64,000 bases of DNA, taken from contig JAHIWG010000110.1 in the NCBI GenBank assembly GCA_018816345.1, forward strand, positions 22,399 to 86,398. The letters are read 5' to 3'. Shown here piece by piece: positions 26,267 through 35,251 of this stretch (positions are counted from its first letter, which is position 1; every line of letters begins with the position of its first letter). A program made the translations under genes and the position numbers. The notes beneath the pieces were generated by a model. It was not told where the DNA came from. It worked only from the letters and a program-made list of their open reading frames with translations, and did not search any database. This stretch comes from Spirochaetota bacterium (GTDB lineage Bacteria > Spirochaetota > Spirochaetia > Treponematales > UBA12059).

Positions 26267-28414
26267 ATGAAAGCGAAAAACATAGCGCTAATATCGATCT
26301 TGGGGACGTTCTCGACGCTCCTCGGCTGCAGGGCCCCGATGTCGGCCGGAGGAGCGAGCCTGACGCTCGAGCTGGGCGGGGCCGCGCTTCACGTAGCGGC
26401 CTCTCAGCGAGAGGGCGCGTCATCGCGCCTCCTACTGCCGACCACTCAGGCGGTGCGCGTCCGCGTCACCGGCGACGCCCTGGGCGAGGCCATCGAGCGG
26501 TCGGGCGCGGGCTCCCCCGTGTCGATAGACGGCCTCCCCGTCGGCTCCTCCCTGCACTTCGCCGTGGACACCCTGGACCAGGGCGGCGGCGTCCTGACGA
26601 GCGCCGAGGCCGACGCGACGCTCGCCTCCGGCGCCAACACGATCACGGTCGCGCTCGCGCCCCCGACGGCCGCCGTCAGCGCCCTTACCGTCTCGACGGC
26701 TACCTCCGGCTCGATAGCGACCCCGAGCCTCAGCCCGGGAAGCGTCCAATTCTACGCGCTGACCTTCGACGCTACGATGTCAGGCGAGAAGCAGGTCCTC
26801 TTCGATACGGGCAAGGCCCGCTGGGCGTGGATGGGCGTCTATGACGCGGATTGGAAGCCCGTTACCCCCGTCGCGAGCGACCCGAGCCAAGGCTGGGCGG
26901 TCGTCGACGTCACGACCGCGAAGACCTATAACTTCGCCCTCTCCAACAGCGTAGCGTCTCCCGGCTACCCTTCCGGCGCGATCAGCGGAACCCTGGCGGC
27001 CAGGCCGGCGATATTCTTCGCCCCCGGCGCGAGCGGCGCCGGTACCAGCGCCGATCCGGGTAGCTTTACGGCCTATAACATAGGGCAAGCGGAGGCGGAA
27101 GGCCTGAGCTTCTTCTTCCGCGGCGGGACGTACGAGCGCGGTTACGAGATCATGTCGGCCATGAATCAACGGTACTACGGCGGATTCGCCTCGGGCGACT
27201 GGAACTCAAGGACGGCGACGACCGAGATAGTCAACACAGGCGTTGCCGTATATACGCTCTGGTTCGACGGAGGGGTCAGCGGCGCTTTCGACGGCCTGAC
27301 CGTCACTGCGAGGGAACTCACCGCGGGCAGCCCGACGACATACGCGATGGATATCTACGCCTCGGGCACGGGAACCTATGTGATAAACGACTGCGTCATC
27401 AGAGGATCAAAGACGACCGCGGCGATAGGCAACGTGGTCGCGTCCACGGGGCTTCAGATAAGGAACGGCTCCGTCGAGATAGCCAGCAGCCGCCTCGACG
27501 GCGGCTACGCCAACTCGAGCGTTGAGAACGCCAGCTCGACGGCCCTATCCCTGACGGGGGGTTCCGCCTACCTGCATAATTGCGCCGTATCGGGGGGAAC
27601 GGCCCAGTCGAACCAGAATTTCAACGTGGAGGCGACCGGGATAAAGAGCCCGAATTACGGCTCCACCCTAGTCGTCGCCGGCTGCGAGATATGGGGCGGC
27701 TTCGCGAACCAAACCGCTAACGTCAGCACCACCGTATCCTGCGGCATATCCTCGGGGAACCTTAGCATCATCGTAGGGAATTCACGTATCAGCGGCGGAT
27801 TCGCATCGAGCGTACAATGGGCGGCGGCTATCGCTATCAGCTACGCGCTGACGAGCAGCGTCCCCCAAATCGCGCTCTACGGCAATACGATTGACGCCGG
27901 ACGCACCCATAACGAGGGGGACGGGGTCGATACCTACGCGCTCGGCCTCGATTTCTCCGTGTCGCCGGGGGGCGGCTCGGCGGCGGGCAACGCGTTCTTC
28001 GTCTCCGGCTACGTAAGCGGAGCCCACCACGCCGCCATGAACCGCGGCAATACTGGAATGCTTAATAATTTCGCAACCAACCGCGCCTTCTTCTCCCGAG
28101 GGCTACGTATACCGGCGCCTGATTACTTCGACGACTTCACGGGCGCGGCCACGACCCTCGCAGGCAACCAGTGCGACGTCGCCCGCAACCCCGCCGAGGA
28201 GTTCGCCTCGGTCAGCGCGTCCACGAGCTACGAGGGCTTCATGGCGCAGAACTGGCGGCCCAAGGCCGACAGCGCCCTCTACGTCGGGAAGCCAGGCATG
28301 GCGAACCCGTTCACGGCCGCCCAGCTCGAAGCCTACCCGGCCCTGGGGCTGGACCTGGCCGGGAAGAGCAGGCCGGCGAGCGGGGCGTGGGCCATAGGGG
28401 CGTACGAGCCGTAA
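26267..28414 (+). CDS. Large surface lipoprotein with Ig-like N-terminal region and right-handed beta-helix (pectin-lyase-like) region
   Basis: MKAKNIALISILGTFSTLLG-C lipobox; repeated I..C.I.GG strands rich in S/T/G/N; C-terminal DLAG..RP...W.IGAYE (choice-of-anchor-Q-like). Confidence 0.75.
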   Translation: MKAKNIALISILGTFSTLLGCRAPMSAGGASLTLELGGAALHVAASQREGASSRLLLPTTQAVRVRVTGDALGEAIERSGAGSPVSIDGLPVGSSLHFAVDTLDQGGGVLTSAEADATLASGANTITVALAPPTAAVSALTVSTATSGSIATPSLSPGSVQFYALTFDATMSGEKQVLFDTGKARWAWMGVYDADWKPVTPVASDPSQGWAVVDVTTAKTYNFALSNSVASPGYPSGAISGTLAARPAIFFAPGASGAGTSADPGSFTAYNIGQAEAEGLSFFFRGGTYERGYEIMSAMNQRYYGGFASGDWNSRTATTEIVNTGVAVYTLWFDGGVSGAFDGLTVTARELTAGSPTTYAMDIYASGTGTYVINDCVIRGSKTTAAIGNVVASTGLQIRNGSVEIASSRLDGGYANSSVENASSTALSLTGGSAYLHNCAVSGGTAQSNQNFNVEATGIKSPNYGSTLVVAGCEIWGGFANQTANVSTTVSCGISSGNLSIIVGNSRISGGFASSVQWAAAIAISYALTSSVPQIALYGNTIDAGRTHNEGDGVDTYALGLDFSVSPGGGSAAGNAFFVSGYVSGAHHAAMNRGNTGMLNNFATNRAFFSRGLRIPAPDYFDDFTGAATTLAGNQCDVARNPAEEFASVSASTSYEGFMAQNWRPKADSALYVGKPGMANPFTAAQLEAYPALGLDLAGKSRPASGAWAIGAYEP

Positions 28415-28454
28415 GAAGAGCGCGCGCCTCCTTACGGGGAGGCGCGGGTATACT

Positions 28455-28485
28455 AAAAAAGCCGCCCATCGCCGGGCGGCTTTTT
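28455..28485. terminator. Bidirectional intrinsic terminator
   Basis: A6-GCCGCCC-loop-GGGCGGC-T5 between convergent genes. Confidence 0.85.
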
Positions 28486-28506
28486 CGTTTTGGGGCAGGC
28501 GCCTAA

Positions 28507-28698
28507 TTAGACGTACTTGACGATCTTGTTGGCCTTGAGGCAACGGGTGCAGACCTTGACGGTCAGGACGGTGCCGCCGATCATCGTCTTCACGGACTGG
28601 ATGTTGGGGCGCCAGACGCGGCGGACCTTATTGTTCGACTTGCTGACGGTGTTTCCGGTGATCGTGCCCTTGCCGCAGATATCGCATTGTCTAGACAT
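28507..28698 (-). CDS. rpmB: 50S ribosomal protein L28 (zinc-ribbon C+ form)
   Basis: MSRQCDICGK....GN.VS.SNNK.RR.W.PNIQ...VCTRCLK. Confidence 0.96.
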   Translation of the reverse strand: MSRQCDICGKGTITGNTVSKSNNKVRRVWRPNIQSVKTMIGGTVLTVKVCTRCLKANKIVKYV

Positions 28699-28815
28699 AT
28701 CGTGTTCTCCGTTTCAGTTGTGCTAACTCGGGGCTTAGCCACGGAACACGCGTCCATGGAAGCGGAGGGAGTATAGCCCGGCTCCCCCGATCGTGTAAAT
28801 ACCTCGAAGGGCCTT

Positions 28816-30141
28816 TTAACGGGCCCCGCCCATGAATTTGGCGGCCATCTTCTTGTTCTTAACGACCTTCTTCATCATCAGCCGCGACTTCTCGAATTTC
28901 TTTAGGAGCCTGGACACCTCGGCGACCGAGGTGCCCGACCCGCGGGCGATGCGCGAGCGCCGAGTGGGCCCGATGATCAGGTGGTTGAGCCGCTCCTTCC
29001 TGGTCATGGACTGGAGGATGGCCTCCTCGTACTTGGTGTCGACGCTATCCAGCTGCTCGTCGCTTATCTGGCCGGCCATCCCGGGTATCATGTCGACGAG
29101 GCTCTTCATCGATCCCATCTTCTTTACCCTGCGCAGCTGGTCCAGGTAGTCCTGCAGCGTGAAGGTCTCGTTGGCCATCTTCTGCTCGAGGGCCTCGGCC
29201 TCCTCCTTGTCGATGCTCGCCTGGGCCTTCTCCACGAGGGATACGACGTCGCCCATGCCCAGGATGCGGCTGGCGACGCGGTCCGGATAGAAGGGCTCCA
29301 GGCCGTCCGGCCGCTCGGAGACGCCGACGAACTTTATGGGCTTGCCGGTGATAGACTTGAGCGACAGGGCGGCGCCGCCGCGGGCGTCCGAGTCGAACTT
29401 GGAGAGGATGACGCCGGAGATGCCGATGCGCTCGTCGAAGGCCTTGGCGATGTCCACGGCGCTCTGGCCGGTCATGGAGTCGGCCACGAGCAGGGACTCG
29501 TCGGGCTTGCACAGGTCGCGCATGCGCGCGAGCTCGACCATCATCGCCTCGTCGACCTGCATGCGGCCGGTCGTGTCGACTATGACGGTGTCGTAGAGCT
29601 CTTTCTTAGCCTTGGCGAGGGCCGCCCGGGCTATGGCCAGGGGGTCGGATCCCTCCCCGCGGAATACCTCGACGCCTATCTGAGCGCCCAGGGCCGCGAG
29701 CTGGTCGGCGGCGGCGGGGCGTACGAGGTCGCAGGCCGCGAGGAGGACGCGGCGGCCCTTGCCCTTGAGGAAGAGCGCGAGCTTGGCCGCGCTCGTCGTC
29801 TTGCCCGAGCCCTGGAGGCCCAGGAGGAGGACGACGCTCGTGACGTCGGGGCCCCTAAGGACCAGGTCCTGCCTGGAGTCCCCGAGGAGCCCTACCATGC
29901 GGTCGTAGACTATCTTCACGAACTGCTGGCCCGGGTCGACCGACCGGAGGACCTTCTCGCCCTTGGCCTCCTCTATCGTCGCGTTGACGAAGCGGCGGAC
30001 CACCCGGAGGTTGACGTCCGCCTCGAGGAGGGCCATCTTGATGCTGTCGACGGCTTCCTCGACGTTCTTCTCGCTTATCGTCGACTTGCCGCCTATGGTC
30101 CTGACTATGTCGCCGAATGTCTGGGTCAGTTTCTCGAGCAT
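28816..30141 (-). CDS. ffh: Signal recognition particle protein Ffh
   Basis: ALLEADVN, GLQGSGKTT, DTTGR, DSDARGGAALS, RILGMGD, Met-rich M domain. Confidence 0.97.
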   Translation of the reverse strand: MLEKLTQTFGDIVRTIGGKSTISEKNVEEAVDSIKMALLEADVNLRVVRRFVNATIEEAKGEKVLRSVDPGQQFVKIVYDRMVGLLGDSRQDLVLRGPDVTSVVLLLGLQGSGKTTSAAKLALFLKGKGRRVLLAACDLVRPAAADQLAALGAQIGVEVFRGEGSDPLAIARAALAKAKKELYDTVIVDTTGRMQVDEAMMVELARMRDLCKPDESLLVADSMTGQSAVDIAKAFDERIGISGVILSKFDSDARGGAALSLKSITGKPIKFVGVSERPDGLEPFYPDRVASRILGMGDVVSLVEKAQASIDKEEAEALEQKMANETFTLQDYLDQLRRVKKMGSMKSLVDMIPGMAGQISDEQLDSVDTKYEEAILQSMTRKERLNHLIIGPTRRSRIARGSGTSVAEVSRLLKKFEKSRLMMKKVVKNKKMAAKFMGGAR

Positions 30142-30232
30142 GCGTTAGTATCCTGTGTATCGAGTCCCGGGCGCGCGGCGCGCGGGCATGGGATTATCGC
30201 CCGGCCGCGTCGGCCGCGTCAATCGGCCGCGC

Positions 30233-30799
30233 CTAGACCGCGCCCTTGAGGCCGACGGCCTCCGCATGGTCGCGGAGGGCGAGGATCGTCTCGGCGATAA
30301 GCTCGTCGAGCTCCATGCCGAGCATAGCGGCGCCCTTCTCTATGACCTCGCGGTCGACGCCGGCGGCGAAGGCGGCGGTCTTCCACTTCTTCTTCACCGA
30401 CTTCGTCTCCATGTCGAGCACGCTGCGGCTCGGCCTGACGTACGCGCAGGCCGCGATGAAGCCGGTCAGCTCGTCGACCGCGTATAGGACCTTCTCCATA
30501 TAGAGCCGCGGCTCCACCTCGGAGCATAGGCCCCAGCCGTGGCTCTCGACCGCGCGGATGAAGGCCTCGTCGTAGCCGCCGGCGGCGAGCATCGCGCGGG
30601 CGTGCTTAAGGTGCTCGTCGGGGTGCTCCTGGTAGTCTACGTCGTGGAGGAGGCCGACGAGGCCCCAGTAGTCCGGATCCTCCCCGCGCGCTGAGGCGAA
30701 GCGCCTCATCGCGGCCTCGACCGACAGCGCGTGCCGGTACAGCGACTCGTCGTCGTTATGCTCCCTCCATAATGCGATGGCCGATTCCCTGTCGTGCAT
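30233..30799 (-). CDS. HD/HDIG-domain metal-dependent hydrolase
   Basis: RHAL.VEAAM, GLLHDVD, AVDELTGFI.A, FAAGVDRE.I. Confidence 0.88.
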   Translation of the reverse strand: MHDRESAIALWREHNDDESLYRHALSVEAAMRRFASARGEDPDYWGLVGLLHDVDYQEHPDEHLKHARAMLAAGGYDEAFIRAVESHGWGLCSEVEPRLYMEKVLYAVDELTGFIAACAYVRPSRSVLDMETKSVKKKWKTAAFAAGVDREVIEKGAAMLGMELDELIAETILALRDHAEAVGLKGAV

Positions 30800-30864
30800 G
30801 CGCGATCCTCCGTCCTTCGTAGTCGTCGTAGCTTAAAGGCGTATCCTATCATATACTCGGCGCC

Positions 30865-31791
30865 ATGGAAACAAAGGCTACGGCCGCGATCGTCATGCTC
30901 GCGGCCCTCTGCGCGGGAGCCTTCGCGGACGACGGCCTGTCGGGAGCCGCCAGGGCCTGGCTCTCCGAGCGCTCCGAGATATCGTTCGCGGTGACGGCCG
31001 ACGACGGCGAGACCGTCGAGCTCCTCAGGTGGATGGCCGCCGAGTACGGCTTCCACGCGCGCCTCTCTACCCTTCCTCCCGAGGCGGCCAGGGAGGCCGT
31101 CCTCGGGGGGGCCGCGGACGCCGTGGCCTGGCTAGCCGACGACGAGCCCGGGGCGGCCCTGCTCGACCTCGGGGCCTCGCCGTTCGGGACGGGGCGCGTC
31201 GCGGTAGCCAAGGGCGACGCCCTGCTCCTCGCGGTACTGGACGCCGGCATCATGAAGGCCTCGGCGACCGGGGCGCTAGCCTCTATCCACGGGAAATGGA
31301 CGGGAAGGCCGCTGCCCGGGCAGCCCCGCGCCGCCGCCCCTTCGCCGGGGCCGATAGCCTTCGCGGCGCTTATACCGCTGTCGGTCGCGGCGGCCGCCGG
31401 CGCGTGGAGCCTAGGCCGAGCTGCCGGCCAGAAGGCTTCCCGGCGGCTGGTAGAGGGAATCGCCGAGCTTCGGGCCCTTAACGAGGCGCTAGGATCGGAG
31501 AACGCGCGGCTCAGGCTGGACCTCGAGGAGCGATCCAGGCTCGAGGAGGCGAAGCGCCGCATCGACGCCGCCGCGGCCGCGAGGCGCGTGGAGGAGCTGA
31601 CTCGTTGCGCCATAGCCGCGGCGATCGCGGACGCGACAGGCGCGGGCGCGGCGGGCTCGGATACGGCGGGCGCGGATACGCTAGGCGCGGGCGCGGATAC
31701 GCTAGGCGCGCGCTCGGATACGGCGGGCGCGGATACGCTGGGCGCGGGCGCGGCGGAGGCGGAAGAGCCGGGCGAGGGCGAGAAAGCATAG
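30865..31791 (+). CDS. Hypothetical protein: signal peptide, degenerate solute-binding-like domain, TM segment, coiled coil, repetitive tail
   Basis: Signal peptide; ...VAVAKGD..LL..LD.GI......G.L..I..KW resembles the SBP_bac_3 C-terminus; one TM segment, then a coiled coil. Confidence 0.6.
   Translation: METKATAAIVMLAALCAGAFADDGLSGAARAWLSERSEISFAVTADDGETVELLRWMAAEYGFHARLSTLPPEAAREAVLGGAADAVAWLADDEPGAALLDLGASPFGTGRVAVAKGDALLLAVLDAGIMKASATGALASIHGKWTGRPLPGQPRAAAPSPGPIAFAALIPLSVAAAAGAWSLGRAAGQKASRRLVEGIAELRALNEALGSENARLRLDLEERSRLEEAKRRIDAAAAARRVEELTRCAIAAAIADATGAGAAGSDTAGADTLGAGADTLGARSDTAGADTLGAGAAEAEEPGEGEKA
31639..31756. repeat. Imperfect in-frame tandem repeats (GADTLGA / SDTA) at the 3' end of the gene
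   Basis: GGCGCGGATACGCT(A/G)GGCGCG x3 and CTCGGATACGGCG x2. Confidence 0.85.
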
Positions 31792-31888
31792 CTATTCTGT
31801 CTACTACTTGACGCTGACGCGAATAACAGTAGAATACTGCGTGCTTCTCTATCGGAGGCGAAATAATCACCGGGAGCGCACGCACCTC

Positions 31889-32629
31889 ATGGAATACAGA
31901 CAGGGCCCCAGCATTTCGATATCGTTCCTGATACTATCCATACTCGTCCTCGTGCTGAGCACGTTCGGATCGTCCCCCGACTCTCCAGAAGTAATAGTCA
32001 TGAACTCCTACGTGCCCTTCGAATTCAGGGCTATGAGCGGGCTCGAGGCGAGCGACTTCAAGACGGCGTTCGAGGATTCGGCGCGATCCGACCACATCGT
32101 GGCGTTCTTCCAGAACCCCGATACCAGGCCGCTCACCCTGGCCTTCTTCGAGAAGCTGACGGGCGACTACGGGATCGCCTCGGCTATCCTCGAGGCCTGC
32201 GCCGAGCGCGACGTCCCGCCGGCCCTCGCCTTCGCCCTCGCCTACGAGGAGAGCGGCTTCGACCCGAAGGCGTTCAACCGCAACCCCTCGTCCATCGACA
32301 GGGGCGTCTTCCAGCTCAATTCGTCGTCGTTCCCGGACCTGAGCATCACCGACTTCTACGACGTGGGCACGAACGTCAGGCTGGGGGTGGCGCACCTGGC
32401 CTTCTGCCTGAAGCAGGGCGGGAACGACGTGGCGGCGCTCGCCGTGTATAACGCCGGGCTCGGGCGGGTCAGCAAGGGCGGCACGCCGAGGCGGACGCTC
32501 GACTACATCTATAAGATAACCGGCAACCGCGAGAGGCTGGAGGCGCTCTTCGAGGCGCAGGTGGTGGCCAGGCATTCCGACTCCGCCTCGCTAGCCCAGG
32601 CCCAGGCCGACTCCTTCGGGGCGAACTAG
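31889..32629 (+). CDS. Lytic transglycosylase (SLT domain) protein with N-terminal TM segment
   Basis: ALAYEESGF.PKA.N.N...IDRGVFQLNS, N.RLG..HL, ALAVYNAG; upstream TTGACG-16 nt-TAGAAT at 31808-31835. Confidence 0.85.
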   Translation: MEYRQGPSISISFLILSILVLVLSTFGSSPDSPEVIVMNSYVPFEFRAMSGLEASDFKTAFEDSARSDHIVAFFQNPDTRPLTLAFFEKLTGDYGIASAILEACAERDVPPALAFALAYEESGFDPKAFNRNPSSIDRGVFQLNSSSFPDLSITDFYDVGTNVRLGVAHLAFCLKQGGNDVAALAVYNAGLGRVSKGGTPRRTLDYIYKITGNRERLEALFEAQVVARHSDSASLAQAQADSFGAN

Positions 32630-32638
32630 GCCTGCAGA

Positions 32639-33400
32639 CTAGCGCTTGCTAGTCCAGTCGCCGTTCGCGAAGCGCTCCCGAGCGTGGGCGAGCGCGCGGG
32701 CCCGCTCGTCCTCGAGCGGCTCCGCGGGCTCTCCGAGGCCGCCTAGGATAGTCTCGAAACCTAGCTTGAACGCCTCGACGGCCTCCGTATAGCCTACGCT
32801 CCGCCCCAGGACGGCCGACACCGAAGACACCCTCGCCTTGACGTCCGCTATGAGCTTGCCCTTGAGCTTCTCGTCTGGGACCTTGAGCACCGAGAACATG
32901 GCCTCCGGATCGACGCCGAGGAGCACGGTGCCGTGCTGCAATACGCAGCCCAGCTTCCTGGTCTGGGCGTTGCCGGAAAGCTTCTTGCCCCCGGAGCAGA
33001 CGTCGTTGAGCGGGGCGAACTCGGCGGCGACGCCTAGCCTCGCGAGGCCCGCGATGACGCCCGAGCATATAGACCTATACGAGGCCAGGAGGCCGCCCCT
33101 GGCGAGGGCGTGGGATTCCGGCGCGACGAGGCTGTACGTCAGCTCGTCGGCGTGGAACACCGCCCCTCCACCGGTGAGCCTCCGTACCACGTCGACGCCT
33201 AGCTCGGCGCAGCGCCCCAGGTCGACCTCGTCATGGAGCCCTTGGAAGTAGCCGATGGAAACGGCGCTAGGGCGCCACGCGTACAGCCTGAGGGTGGGAG
33301 CCGCCGCCCCGGACGCCACAGACTCGAGCACGGCCTCGTCGAGGCCCATATTGAAGGAGGCCGGGTTGGCCCCGGTCTCCAGGTACCTGAATTCGCTCAC
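32639..33400 (-). CDS. lplA: Lipoate-protein ligase A catalytic domain
   Basis: NMGLDEA, TLRLYAW, VVRRLTGGGAVFH, ND....KKLSGNAQ, LQHGT; GTG 33400 overlaps the upstream stop. Confidence 0.9.
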   Translation of the reverse strand: MSEFRYLETGANPASFNMGLDEAVLESVASGAAAPTLRLYAWRPSAVSIGYFQGLHDEVDLGRCAELGVDVVRRLTGGGAVFHADELTYSLVAPESHALARGGLLASYRSICSGVIAGLARLGVAAEFAPLNDVCSGGKKLSGNAQTRKLGCVLQHGTVLLGVDPEAMFSVLKVPDEKLKGKLIADVKARVSSVSAVLGRSVGYTEAVEAFKLGFETILGGLGEPAEPLEDERARALAHARERFANGDWTSKR

Positions 33401-33705
33401 GATCCTCCCTCTCCCCCGTCCTCGGCGGCCCTCGAGGCTACGATCGACGAGGCGGCCGCCCCTATATCCGCCGGCGAGAGGCCGAGCAGCTCTACGCCGC
33501 GGGCCGACAGCTCCCGCGCGAACGTCTCGGCTATCCGGGCTACCGGGGTCCCCGCCAAGGCCGCTTCCGCCTCGTCGAAGCCCTCCTCGGGATGCGCGAA
33601 GAAATCGCCGCGGATAGCGGCGCGGACTACGGCGCCGCCCTCCCACTCGAGCGATAGCCGGAGGAGCTTGCCCCCGGCCGGCTTGCCTATATACGAACCC
33701 GTCAC
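33397..33705 (-). CDS. Stand-alone lipoate-protein ligase C-terminal domain (LplB-like)
   Basis: K..GGKLLR.......G....A.I.GDFF.HPEE....E.AL.G. Confidence 0.8.
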   Translation of the reverse strand: MTGSYIGKPAGGKLLRLSLEWEGGAVVRAAIRGDFFAHPEEGFDEAEAALAGTPVARIAETFARELSARGVELLGLSPADIGAAASSIVASRAAEDGGEGGS

Positions 33706-34571
33706 GGCGTACCTCCAGCGGCCTCGCGGCCCTCCATCGCGTGGTAGCTAGTCCTGGCGAGCGGGGCCGAGACGACGGAGAGGAAGCCCCTCTGGCGCGC
33801 GAGCTCGGCGTAGCGATCGAAGCGCTCCGGGCTCAGGTACTCGGCCACGGGCAGCTGCCTCTCGGTCGGGCGCAGGTACTGGCCCATCACGAGCATGTCG
33901 CACGACGCGGCCCTGAGCTCGTCCATGGCGGCCAGGACCTCGGGCTCGGTCTCCCCGAGGCCGAGCATGAGGCTGGTCTTCGTCATCGCGCTCGAGCGCT
34001 CCTTGGCCTCGCGCAGGGTCCGCAGGGACAGGTCGAAGGACGCCCGGGCGTCACGGACCGACTGCAGCCTGCGGACCGTCTCCACGTTATGGGCTATGAC
34101 GTCGGGTCCGGCGAGCGCTATGGCGTCGATCTCCGCGCCGCGGTAATCGGGTACGAGCACCTCGACGCGGACGCCGGGCGAGGCCGCCTTAACGGCCCGG
34201 ACGCAGGCCGCGAAATGCGCGGCGCCCCTGTCCGGGAGGTCGTCCCTGTCCACGCTGGTGACGACGGCGTAGCGCAGGCCCAGCTCCAGGACCGCCGCCG
34301 CCAGCTCTCCCGGCTCGTCCGCCCTGGGGGCGGCTCCCTCCGCGGCCGTCGCGACCGCGCAGAACCGGCAGCCGCGCGTGCACGTATCGCCGAGCACCAT
34401 GAAGGTAGCGGTGCCGTAGCCCCAGCATTCGGCCTTGTTGGGGCAGGCCGCCTCGTCGCATACGGTATGGAGGCCACGCCTGGCCACGAGGGCGCTCATC
34501 GCCCTCCATCGCTCGCCCGACGGCACGGCGACCCGGAGCCAGGCCGGCTTCCTCGCGATAGGGGCCGTCAC
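33702..34571 (-). CDS. lipA: Lipoyl synthase
   Basis: RKPAWL, CDEAACPNKAEC (CX4CX5C), CTRGCRFC, TSVDRDDL.D.GA, HNVETV, GQYLRP, RTSY. Confidence 0.96.
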   Translation of the reverse strand: MTAPIARKPAWLRVAVPSGERWRAMSALVARRGLHTVCDEAACPNKAECWGYGTATFMVLGDTCTRGCRFCAVATAAEGAAPRADEPGELAAAVLELGLRYAVVTSVDRDDLPDRGAAHFAACVRAVKAASPGVRVEVLVPDYRGAEIDAIALAGPDVIAHNVETVRRLQSVRDARASFDLSLRTLREAKERSSAMTKTSLMLGLGETEPEVLAAMDELRAASCDMLVMGQYLRPTERQLPVAEYLSPERFDRYAELARQRGFLSVVSAPLARTSYHAMEGREAAGGTP

Positions 34572-35164
34572 GGCTGGGTCCTGAGGCCTTCGAAGAATAG
34601 CCGCATCGCGGCGGATAGGTCGGCGGTATCGGCGAGGCCGAGCACGGCCACCCTGAAGATAGCGGCCTCCACGAGGCCGTAGAAGAAGTCGGAGACCGCG
34701 CCGACGGGTACCTTGCGTATCTCGCCCCGCTTCTGGCCGGCTATGACGACGCCGGAGATGATATGGCGCATGCGTATCGTCCTGCGCCTCACCTTGTCGC
34801 CCACGTCGGAGCCGGACTTCCTCGAGTGCTCGAGATAGCCGACTATGACCGACAGGAGCCGCGCCTGCTCGGCGCAGCGCCCGAGGACCAGCTCCGACAG
34901 GCGCTCGAGCGTATCGCAGGCCGGCCCCGGCGCGAGCGCGGCCTCGCGGATCTCGGCCTCCAGCTTCTCGGTGAAGCGCTTGATGCTGAACATGAATATC
35001 TCGCGCTTGTTCTTGAAGTATAGGTAGAGGATGGTCCTGGTAATGCCGCAGCGGTCGGCTATCTTCTGGAAGGTGGTATCGGAATAGCCTTCCTCCACGA
35101 ACACGTCGAGAGCGCTCTCGAGGATCTCTTTCCTGCGTTTCTCGTGCTCTACGGCGATGGACAC
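34568..35164 (-). CDS. TetR/AcrR family transcriptional regulator
   Basis: GTG 35164 after GGAGG; ILESALDVF.EEGY..TT...IA..CGITR..LY.YFKNKREIF. Confidence 0.9.
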   Translation of the reverse strand: MSIAVEHEKRRKEILESALDVFVEEGYSDTTFQKIADRCGITRTILYLYFKNKREIFMFSIKRFTEKLEAEIREAALAPGPACDTLERLSELVLGRCAEQARLLSVIVGYLEHSRKSGSDVGDKVRRRTIRMRHIISGVVIAGQKRGEIRKVPVGAVSDFFYGLVEAAIFRVAVLGLADTADLSAAMRLFFEGLRTQP

Positions 35165-35186
35165 GGGGGCCTCCATATGATGCTCG

Positions 35187-35201
35187 GGTAATTTTATTAC
35201 C
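35187..35201. promoter_or_regulatory. Perfect inverted repeat, candidate TetR operator
   Basis: GGTAAT-TTT-ATTACC in the short divergent tetR/HK intergenic region. Confidence 0.5.
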
Positions 35202-35251
35202 TTGACGGAATAGGCGTTTCGCGTCAAGTATCGCGGTATGGAGGATCGTCG

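Noticed and set aside
30142-30232. SRP RNA next to ffh
   Set aside because: The conserved domain IV sequence (CAGG..CGGAAGG.AGCAG) is not present.
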